Shown: positions 35,730 to 43,700 of the stretch, piece after piece
Position numbering within the stretch: position 1 is the stretch's first letter
How the letters are laid out: every line of letters starts with the position of its first letter
From: an uncultured Gammaproteobacteria bacterium
GTDB lineage: Bacteria; Pseudomonadota; Gammaproteobacteria; Xanthomonadales; SZUA-36
Direction of reading: 5' to 3'
Length of the DNA stretch: 64,000 nucleotides
Assembly (NCBI GenBank): GCA_963753105.1
Contig: CAVWBD010000011.1
Location: forward strand, 11,802 to 75,801
Notes under the pieces: model-generated
What the model was told of the DNA's origin: nothing
The model's input: only the letters and a program-made list of their open reading frames with translations
Databases searched by the model: none
Program-made: the position numbers and the translations under genes

Positions 35730-36160
35730 TCCCTGTAGGCTCGATCGCGACTCCCTGTCGCTCACGGTCCCGGCTAAGGAACACCCCGGCACAGCTTAAT
35801 GGACCATTTGTAAAACCCATTAACCGTGATCGCGGCGAGGTGCCGCTCCTACAACCCCTTCATGATAGCCCGGTGGTTTGCCGGAGTGGGCGACATTTAG
35901 CACCGCACCGAATCCTTATCTCCATGGATGGAGTGTAGATCGCAAGGAGCACAGGGATGTGCGATGCGATCCGGTAAGGCCTGATACTGAGTCCCTGTGA
36001 GGCCGGCCCCGTTAAGACGGATCGAAGGAGAGGGTGCCCGAAGGGCTGCGGGGCAGGGAGCCCAAACCGGTAAACCATTGGGCGATAGATCGCAGTAAGG
36101 TCGCGGCGAGTCGCCGTTCACACGACATGATCGCGACCGGCTTTGCCGGTTGTTACTACG
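35730..36160. repeat. cluster of degenerate GTAGGAG...CGCGATC-type REP-like palindromic units
   Basis: At least 4-5 units in both orientations. Examples: CTGTAGGCTCGATCGCGACTCCCTGTCGC (35732-), GATCGCGGCGAGGTGCCGCTCCTACA (35828-35853), TGTAGATCGCAAGGAGC...GCGATGCGATCC (35934-35972), GATCGCGACCGGCTTTGCCGGTTGTTACTAC (36129-36159). Confidence 0.65.
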
Positions 36161-37517
36161 GTTTGGGCAGGAATACTTCGCGCAGCACTTTGCCCACGTC
36201 CTCGTTTTGCATGACGCCGCGGAAATGGCGCTGCCCGGACCATAGGCATAAAGGGGCACATCAACACCCGTGTGGCCACCCGAAGTCCAGCCGGTCAATG
36301 TGCGTTCGTTAAAGATTTCAGCGACTGCATCAAAGGCCTCATCTTCTACGCGCTCGGTAGCATCAAGCATTTCTATTTCACCCGGACTCAGCTTGAATGC
36401 AATGCTATCTGCAACGATTGCAGACAGTGCTTCGTCGCCGCCAAGCATTCTTTCAATAATTCCACTTGGTGTGGCCTTCATACCCTTTAACGGCTCGGCA
36501 TCCCAGCGGTAGGTACCATCGAGGCCCACGGCCATGCCGCCGGTTTCATGGTCCGCGAGGATGACGACCAGTGTCTGCTGGTCTATTTTCGCGAAGTCCA
36601 GCGCCACCGAAACCGCGGCCATGAAGTCCTCCATCTCGCTGATGACACCCGGAATGCTGTTTCCGTGACTGGCCCAGTCTATCTGGCTGCCCTCAACCAA
36701 CAGGAAAAAGCCCTCTTGGTTCAGGGCCAGGGATTTCAGCGCGGTCTGGGTCATTTCTGCCAGCGAAGGAACAGTCTGGGTCACGGTCCCAGGCCTTGGG
36801 CATACCCACCGGTGCAAACAGGCCCAGCAGGTTTTCACCCTGCATACTCAGCAAGCCTTCGCGGTTGGTGGCCACCTGGTAGCCGGCTTTCTGGAACTCA
36901 GAAACGAGGTCCCGGTCATCACGTTGCAGGTACTGGAGGCCACCGCCGAGCATGACGTTGACCATCGGTTTTTCTTGCCATCGATTGTCGAAAAACTGGT
37001 CCGCGATGTCGTTATACGAGCGCCGGCTCATAACGTGTGAAGCAAATGCAGCTGGTGTAGCGTGGGTAATCTGGGAGGTTGCAACCAGGCCGGTTGATTT
37101 TCCCTGCTGGCGTGCGCCTTCCAGGATGGTCTCCATGGGGGCGCCATCGGTGCCTACGCTGAGACGCCCGGTTATCGTGTCCTGTCCGGTTGCATAGGCA
37201 GTGGCGGAGGACGCCGAATCCGTGAAACCGTGCGGATTGCGTTTGCAGTTGACCTTCAGCGCGTCGCATTCCATCGTGATCGAATCGGTCGATACTGAGC
37301 CAACCAGCAGCGCATCTACCGGTAGTGGTTCCACGATGTCCGTGGACAGGTCGTCTGCATACATTCGGTAGGCCTTGATATGTGCATAGCCCATACCGTC
37401 ACCGACCATGAAGATGACGTTGCGTGGCGCGTCCGCGGCTTGGGGTGTAAGCGACATGCACGCGGACGGAAAAAGAATTACCAAAGTGCAAATACATGCC
37501 CGAATCAAGTTGTTCAT
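36156..37517 (-). pseudogene. phoA: alkaline phosphatase (PhoA family) interrupted by two frame changes
   Basis: The N-terminal part carries a signal peptide, DGMG and the DSASSATAYATG active-site Ser. The middle part (from about 36800) reads ...LLVEGSQIDWASHGN...ADHETGG...GHTGVDVPLYAYGPGS. The C-terminal tail QRHFRGVMQNEDVGKVLREVFLPKP* is in a third frame (stop 36156..36158). Confidence 0.75.
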
Positions 37518-37777
37518 GATGTCTTTCCTGCCGGATTCATTTGGATGGGTCTATTGAAACTATCTCTATATGATAGCTTATGAACGACCAGAAATGATGC
37601 TGGAATTGGCATTAACAGGAAAAACATTCCAGTAGTTTGCCGGTACGGGAAGGGATGAATGCAGATTTGAAAAATACTATCGAAATTGTTGGCTGCCATG
37701 CATGTCAAGGGGCAGGCGAGGGTGGGTGATTTGCGAAATGTCCGCATACTGCAGCCAAAAACGGACCTTACGATGAG

Positions 37778-40033
37778 TTAGTTTCCACCTTCCTCAGTAT
37801 ATTGTTGGCAGGTCCCCTCGGCAGGTTGCCAGAAGGTCTCATACGGGTTGTCGTTACAAACAATGGCCAAGAACCGTTGTTGCTCACGGGTTTGCCGGGT
37901 CAGCTGGTCCTCCAGAATCGAGGCAAAACCCGGATCTTCGTATAACTCATTCAGATAGGCGGTCTTTGGCCAAATGAAGTACCCGTCCTTCGATGCCCTG
38001 GCAATCAGGAACAGCCCCTTATCGCGTTCACCGGCCAGGTATGCGGCAAGGCCATCTTCATAGTCTGTGCTCATATAATGAGTGGTTGCAAAGCCAGCTT
38101 CACGAAGTCGTCGTATGTCGTCCCGAATCGCCGCCAAGAGTTCGTCCGCCCCTTTATTGTCACCTGCATCGCGACGAATGGCGATAAGCGCCGCTGCATT
38201 CTTCAATCCAAACTCGCCCATCGTGATACGTTTTCCGCTTTGTTGCCAACCATCCTCCAGCAGCGGCCTTGCCTTCAAATAATCACCTGCAGTGGCATAA
38301 GCCATGCCAAGCGTCATGTGCGCGAATACGTTATTCCTCTCGCCTTCAGCAAGGAGAACCTCAGCGGTGGCAATTGCTTCCAGCGGTCTTCCCAGAACCA
38401 GTAACAAGTCAGGGTTTGGTGTATCAATAATCGCACCGGCTTCCTGCTCGAGACCGATCATCAGGAAACTCCAGGAAAGCAGACCCCTTGCACGCAGGTC
38501 ACCCGGTATGATGCGTAGTTCATCCAGGCCACCCAGAACGAGATAGGCCCATTTACCGCCGGCAGACTTCAGGCGCCCCTGGTAATCCACATAGGTCCGT
38601 GGGGCGATGTTGTGTATTTTCTCCAGCTCGAGGGCTGCTTCATCCAGGCGGCCAAGCGCGATCAGGCTGTGCACATAATTGTTCATGGCCAATACCGACA
38701 CCGGATCGAGGCGCAGCGCCCGGTGCTGGTGTGGGAGTATGTCCTTGTAGCGACCAACCCTGGCAGAAACTGTCGCCATCCAGCTATGGACTTCGGAATA
38801 GTTTGGATTATTCTGAAGAGCCCGGGTAAATGCAGTTAAGGCATTGTCGAACGCACCGTTCATCCAGGCTAACAGACCAAGGGCTGCGTGTGCCTCGGCG
38901 AGGTCCGGATCAAGCGCCACAGCGCGATCCGCGTGGGTCTTTGCCCTGGTCATGGCAACGTCCCAAGGCAACAATTGAAAATAGTTTCCGCCGGCAAAAG
39001 TAATAGCCATCGCGAGTTCGGCATGAGCGATTGCGTAATTGGGGTCCAGGGCAACTGCCCTTTCGAACTCGTTCACCGCACCTTCAACACCAGCAGATGT
39101 GCGCTTTGCCACCAGGTACCTGCCCCTGAGATAAGCGTCATGGGCCTCGGCAACAACAGTTGTGGGCATCTGCGACCCCGCTTCGATATCAACTCCCAGG
39201 TGACCTTTCATGGCGGCAACAATCGCGGCTGAAATTTCATCCTGAACAACAAAAATGTTTACGCGCTCACTATCGTAAGTTTTTGACCAGAGATGCGCAT
39301 CGGAACGCGCATCAATCAACTGCACGTTGATACGTACCTGGTTGCCATCACGTTGCACGCTGCCCTCCAGGATCGTATTGACGGAAAGTTCAGCGCCAAT
39401 CTCCGGCATGGTTTTGTCAGTATCCCGGTACTGATTGACCGAGGTTCGCGAGATCACTCTCAGCCCCGAAATCCGGGCCAGGCGGCTCAGCAACTCGTCG
39501 TGTATTCCATCGCTGAAGTACTCATCCTCGGGTTGCAGGGACCGGTTGACGAAGGGCAGCACGGCAATGGAAGCAAGGGCTCCTCTATCGGTCACAGGGG
39601 TGAGCGATTCTTCGTCAACCATAACGATCTGATACAGGACAACGATGACCACTACCGCGGCCAGGAACCCGAAAACTATCGAGCGCAGCCTGTCACCGGA
39701 AGCCGGTTTTGCTTCGGTCAACGTCGTCACTGGTGGAATCAGGCAGAATCCTACCTTCGGTATGGTGCTTATGATTTTAGCGTCCCGGGCAGAGTCGCCG
39801 AATGCCTTGCGAAGCTCGACCACGCATTGCGCTAAGGAATCATCGGTCACGATAACGCCGGGCCACACGGTTTCGAACACTTCATCGCGGCTGACCACCT
39901 CGCCTTTGGCGGCGGCGAGGCATTCCAATACTGCCATGGGCTTGGGATGGATATGCACGATCTCGTTGCCGCGCTTAATGTAACCGCGACGCGGACTGAC
40001 GATCCAATCTCCCAGGCGAAAATCGGTGCGCAT
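37778..40033 (-). CDS. membrane-anchored ToxR/CadC-like winged-helix regulator with TolB-N-like and TPR sensor domains (paralog 1)
   Basis: N-terminal OmpR/PhoB-type DNA-binding domain (FRLGDWIVSP...LECLAAAKGEVVSRDEVFETVWPGVIVTDDSLAQCVVELRKAFGD...TIPKVGF), one TM helix, an SIAVLPFVNRS...EGSVQRDGNQVRINVQLI block, then a long TPR-like region. Start set at MRTDF by comparison with paralog 2. Confidence 0.8.
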   Translation of the reverse strand: MRTDFRLGDWIVSPRRGYIKRGNEIVHIHPKPMAVLECLAAAKGEVVSRDEVFETVWPGVIVTDDSLAQCVVELRKAFGDSARDAKIISTIPKVGFCLIPPVTTLTEAKPASGDRLRSIVFGFLAAVVVIVVLYQIVMVDEESLTPVTDRGALASIAVLPFVNRSLQPEDEYFSDGIHDELLSRLARISGLRVISRTSVNQYRDTDKTMPEIGAELSVNTILEGSVQRDGNQVRINVQLIDARSDAHLWSKTYDSERVNIFVVQDEISAAIVAAMKGHLGVDIEAGSQMPTTVVAEAHDAYLRGRYLVAKRTSAGVEGAVNEFERAVALDPNYAIAHAELAMAITFAGGNYFQLLPWDVAMTRAKTHADRAVALDPDLAEAHAALGLLAWMNGAFDNALTAFTRALQNNPNYSEVHSWMATVSARVGRYKDILPHQHRALRLDPVSVLAMNNYVHSLIALGRLDEAALELEKIHNIAPRTYVDYQGRLKSAGGKWAYLVLGGLDELRIIPGDLRARGLLSWSFLMIGLEQEAGAIIDTPNPDLLLVLGRPLEAIATAEVLLAEGERNNVFAHMTLGMAYATAGDYLKARPLLEDGWQQSGKRITMGEFGLKNAAALIAIRRDAGDNKGADELLAAIRDDIRRLREAGFATTHYMSTDYEDGLAAYLAGERDKGLFLIARASKDGYFIWPKTAYLNELYEDPGFASILEDQLTRQTREQQRFLAIVCNDNPYETFWQPAEGTCQQYTEEGGN

Positions 40034-40204
40034 TCTGAATAGTCCTGGCCAAATGACCCGATGAACCATCTTATCAAATATCTGGTCCCGGCATTGTCTA
40101 GGCCAAAAGCTCATGGGAACTCGTGAAAAATTCGTTTTTCTCTCATGTCATCAGGCCGGGTGGTCGCTAATCTGCAATTGAGTTAAATCACTAAGGAGGT
40201 AATC

Positions 40205-40705
40205 ATGAAACACTTACTACTTCTGTTTGCACTGTTGTTGGTATCTCTTCCTGTTCAGGCAACCAAGCCAGATACATATACTATTGAGTTCCCGGATTTG
40301 CCGATGAAGTCGTTGATTGTGGCGATTTTAGTGTTTGGGACGACGCGTGGGTCGTCTGAAAAGTCAAGGATTTCTACGACAAAGACGGGAACTTCATTCG
40401 TTCGCGAAATGAACATAACGGCTTTCGATGATCTTTATCGTCGATTGATGAATGTTGAGGTGCCTTCACCTCACCGGAACGGCACATATCAATGCGCGGG
40501 TTTCATTCGACGAGAACGGTGACATGTTTGGACACAGTCAGGACTAGCTGTTGCAATCATAGTGCCTGGATACGGACCATTGTTTCTTGATGCGGGCAGA
40601 CTTGGTGTTCAAATGGACGATGGCTGGGATTTGATTTTCAGTGCCGGTAAAAACCATGACTGGAACTTTGGTGATTTCGAGGCTCTTTGTAATTACTTTG
40701 ATTAA
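40205..40705 (+). pseudogene. small secreted protein of unknown function, multiply frame-disrupted
   Basis: A signal peptide (MKHLLLLFALLLVSLPVQA) is followed by plausible peptide segments scattered over frames, with in-frame TGAs. In order: DEVVDCGDFSVWDDAWVV, KVKDFYDKDGNFIRSRNEHNGF, LTGTAHINARVSFDENGDMFGHSQ, GLAVAIIVPGYGPLFLDAGRL...DWNFGDFEALCNYFD*. Confidence 0.5.
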
Positions 40706-40744
40706 GACTGATTGCGGGTTTTAGGTAACCCATTGTATGGAATT

Positions 40745-40771
40745 GCCCCGCCACTGGCGGGGCTTCTTTTT
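40745..40771 (+). terminator. rho-independent terminator
   Basis: GCCCCGCC-actg-GCGGGGC hairpin followed by TTCTTTTT. Confidence 0.7.
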
Positions 40772-40881
40772 GCGATGAATGACAGGTCTGCGTAAACGCC
40801 ACTAATATGTAGCACTCGCCGTCGCTGCAGTTCGGTAAAAAAAACAGCGACAGCCCTGGTGCCTTTCATTTTTCCGGGTTA

Positions 40882-43632
40882 TTAACGAATCGGTTGTTGC
40901 CAGCGGATATAGTAAACCCGGTCACGTGGATCGTGATAGGGCCCCGGCTGGGTGCTGGCGGTATAGGGTGGGTCTTCACCGGTGCAATTGATGCAACCTG
41001 CCCGCAGGGTCGCCCGTTTAAGAGTTTTAAAAATATAACTGTATTGCAGGTTCAGGGTCGTGTGGCTGGGAATACGCCAGGCCTCATCAGTCTCCTGGCC
41101 ATCGATGTACTTGTTTGAATCGTTTTGGAAATGGCTCGAGTAATGGATATTGGCAACGGCGCCATGCTGATCCCTGTTCCAGGAAAAGTTCAAATTGCCA
41201 CGGTTACGCGGAATGGGTATATCGAGCTCTTTACCCGCATAGTTTTTGTTCTGTTCCAGGTACCAGATCCTGGTGTCGGTGAATTCATAGCGGTCGATAT
41301 AGGTATGTATCAGTGTGGCCTTGAAATCACCCGCGCGGTCCGTCTGCCAGCTATAGCGCAAGGTGGTGTCAAAACCCCGGGTCAGCAACTCGTCGGTGTT
41401 CACCTGGGTCTGCTCGACCCGGATAATCCGCCCCGGTGTTCCGTCAGGCTCCGATGGTTCACGAATGATGCCAAAATCCCGACCTTCATCCAGCACGATC
41501 TGGCCATCCAGTTCAATGATGCGATTCTCGTGACGGAACTTCCAGAAATCCAGTTCAAATTCAAATCCGGGCAGGAATCCAGGTGACCAGACCACCCCTG
41601 CGAACCAGGAATGGCCTTCCTCAGGTTCGAGGTCCGGGTTGCCGGAATACTGAAGCGTGTATTGGTCCCAACCGCAGTCCTGTGGCAAGCCGGTGATCGG
41701 GCAACGGACCGAGTCCTGGAACCACCCGAGTCTTTGTTGTGGAGACATGTATAGTTCAAGGAATGATGGTGGCCTGAATGAAGTGCTGTAGGAGCCCCTG
41801 ACCATCAGCGACTTAAGCGGCTGCCAGCGGAGTGCAATCTTGGGGTTTGTGGTAGAACCAAAATCGTCGTAGTGCTCGTAACGTGCCGCCAGTTGTGCTT
41901 CCACGGTATACAGCAAGGGCAGGCTGAACTCGGCATAGGCCGAACCGATAGAGCGGCTGGCGGAAACCGGACTGACAAATTCATCACCTGCCAGGTCCCC
42001 CGAGCGTAAATGTTCATCGGCCCATTGATCCAACTCCTGCTCACGGTATTGCAAGCCGAACGCGACACCAACCGGACCACCCGGCAACGAGCCGAACCAG
42101 CTGTCAAATTGCACATCGACACTGCGCTCATCGCTGGTATCCTTGCGTACGGCGGTGGTTCTTAGCCAGTCAAGCAGGGCCTCGCTGTTTTGCGGATTAA
42201 ACCCGAATGGGTTGTAGTACTCGTCACCATTGGGGCCTCCCTCTCCCAGCAATGCCTGCTGGAAGCGCGTTTGCCGCAGCGCGTTCAGGCTGCGGGCCTT
42301 AACCTCATTTCTGCTGAGCAGGGCGGATGTCCGCCAACTCCAGAGCCCCACGGCCCCCTCCAGCCCAACGACCATGCGGTAGGCTGTTGCATCGTCGATG
42401 TATATCCGGTTACCCAAATCCAGGGGACGGGCATAAATTTCACCATCTGTGCCAAAGGGATTGTCCGGGTGATCGACCGGCACGTAGGGAACGCCCTCGA
42501 AGGTTTCGATCAGATGGGAACCGGACACGGGGGCAGGTGCCTGCACCGCTTTGCTCTCGGTATTACTGAATAGAACATCACCAAACAGGGAGAGATTTGC
42601 CTTGATCTCGTAGCGTCCTGACAAGCTGGCGCTCATGCGCTCAAGACCCGTGGTCAAGCCAGAAAGTTGCGCCCAATTAAAGCGGCACGATGTACCGCCC
42701 CAGAACGAAACAACAGAGCTCAGCAAGGGGTCAGTTCCACATTCTGGATCAGCTTCCCACTCGAGTATCCAGTCGTTAAACAGGGTGTCATATCGAAGCA
42801 ACCTGGGTGGACTGCTAAACCCGGAGCGCATGTTGGGTCCGCCCAGGGCTGAAAAATCGACATCGCTGGCCCATCCGCGGTCACGCGAATAAATGAGCCC
42901 ACGATTGAGGTAGCTCAATGAAAACATGATGCTGCCACGGTCAGTATTTCTGCCGGCAACAAGGTCTGCGAGGATTTCGTTGCCGTCCCCATGCTCTGTA
43001 ACTCCGTAGCCTGCACTGACTTCAATGCCATCGTAATCTGTATTCAGGATGATATTGACCACGCCGGCGATGGCTTCGGCGCCATAGATGGCCGATGCGC
43101 CGTCTTTGAGGATTTCAATGCGATCAATGGCCGAGACTGGAATGGCGTTGATATCAATAATGGCATCGCCATACTGGGCATAGGGCGCGATACGCAATCC
43201 ATTGACCAGCGTCAGGGTGGAATCAAGGCCAATCCCCCTCAGGTTGAAAGGTGATGCACCGACGGGTTCGAGGTAAGTGAGCCCCACGGCATCACCAACC
43301 GGTCCCCAATTCATCGGGAGATCGCGTGCAAATTCCTTGAGGGTGGTGACCCCGGCTCGTTCCAGGTCTGCACGGTCAAATACGACCACCGGCACCGGGC
43401 CTTCAAGGTCAATGCGCTTGATGTGATATCCGGTTACCGGGAAGCGCTCAAGTTCCTTTGGAGTCTCGTTCTCCGCTTCATCGGCGGATGAGTCAGCGGT
43501 GATTGAACTCTGAGTGTCGATAGTGCTTTGTGCGACCGCACAAAACGACGTTATGAACAAGATTGTGCCCGTCAGGAACAGGATGGGAGTGACTATGCCG
43601 TGCCTGAGAGCAGGAAGCATGAAAGTCATCAT
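40882..43632 (-). CDS. TonB-dependent outer-membrane receptor
   Basis: 916 aa. Signal peptide, plug domain (..VTGYHIKRIDLEGPVPVVVFDR..., IEILKDGASAIYGAEAIAGVVNI), then a long beta-barrel with alternating hydrophobic pattern. Confidence 0.9.
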   Translation of the reverse strand: MMTFMLPALRHGIVTPILFLTGTILFITSFCAVAQSTIDTQSSITADSSADEAENETPKELERFPVTGYHIKRIDLEGPVPVVVFDRADLERAGVTTLKEFARDLPMNWGPVGDAVGLTYLEPVGASPFNLRGIGLDSTLTLVNGLRIAPYAQYGDAIIDINAIPVSAIDRIEILKDGASAIYGAEAIAGVVNIILNTDYDGIEVSAGYGVTEHGDGNEILADLVAGRNTDRGSIMFSLSYLNRGLIYSRDRGWASDVDFSALGGPNMRSGFSSPPRLLRYDTLFNDWILEWEADPECGTDPLLSSVVSFWGGTSCRFNWAQLSGLTTGLERMSASLSGRYEIKANLSLFGDVLFSNTESKAVQAPAPVSGSHLIETFEGVPYVPVDHPDNPFGTDGEIYARPLDLGNRIYIDDATAYRMVVGLEGAVGLWSWRTSALLSRNEVKARSLNALRQTRFQQALLGEGGPNGDEYYNPFGFNPQNSEALLDWLRTTAVRKDTSDERSVDVQFDSWFGSLPGGPVGVAFGLQYREQELDQWADEHLRSGDLAGDEFVSPVSASRSIGSAYAEFSLPLLYTVEAQLAARYEHYDDFGSTTNPKIALRWQPLKSLMVRGSYSTSFRPPSFLELYMSPQQRLGWFQDSVRCPITGLPQDCGWDQYTLQYSGNPDLEPEEGHSWFAGVVWSPGFLPGFEFELDFWKFRHENRIIELDGQIVLDEGRDFGIIREPSEPDGTPGRIIRVEQTQVNTDELLTRGFDTTLRYSWQTDRAGDFKATLIHTYIDRYEFTDTRIWYLEQNKNYAGKELDIPIPRNRGNLNFSWNRDQHGAVANIHYSSHFQNDSNKYIDGQETDEAWRIPSHTTLNLQYSYIFKTLKRATLRAGCINCTGEDPPYTASTQPGPYHDPRDRVYYIRWQQPIR

Positions 43633-43700
43633 GCCAGAAACTAAATCCTATTGAAATCAAATCCACTTTAGGTCCCGTAGTTGTACAAATTATATGCATC

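Noticed and set aside
35897-36155. 3' 260 nt of ORF 35897..36838, translated as a continuation of the alkaline phosphatase
   Set aside because: After the frame switch near 36225 the authentic C-terminus ends at 36156. The remaining ORF is a read-through of REP-like repeats (PRPYCDLSPNGLP...).
37514-37747. 77-aa minus-strand ORF upstream of phoA, and the 61284..61481 ORF upstream of the CpxP-like gene
   Set aside because: Both lie in promoter regions, lack an RBS and any motif, and have odd composition. They were treated as non-coding.
40283-40340. In-frame TGA codons in the 40205..40705 gene as possible selenocysteine or recoding sites
   Set aside because: No SECIS-like hairpin was noticed, the gene also needs several frame switches, and no Sec-related context is present. 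Simple disruption is more parsimonious.
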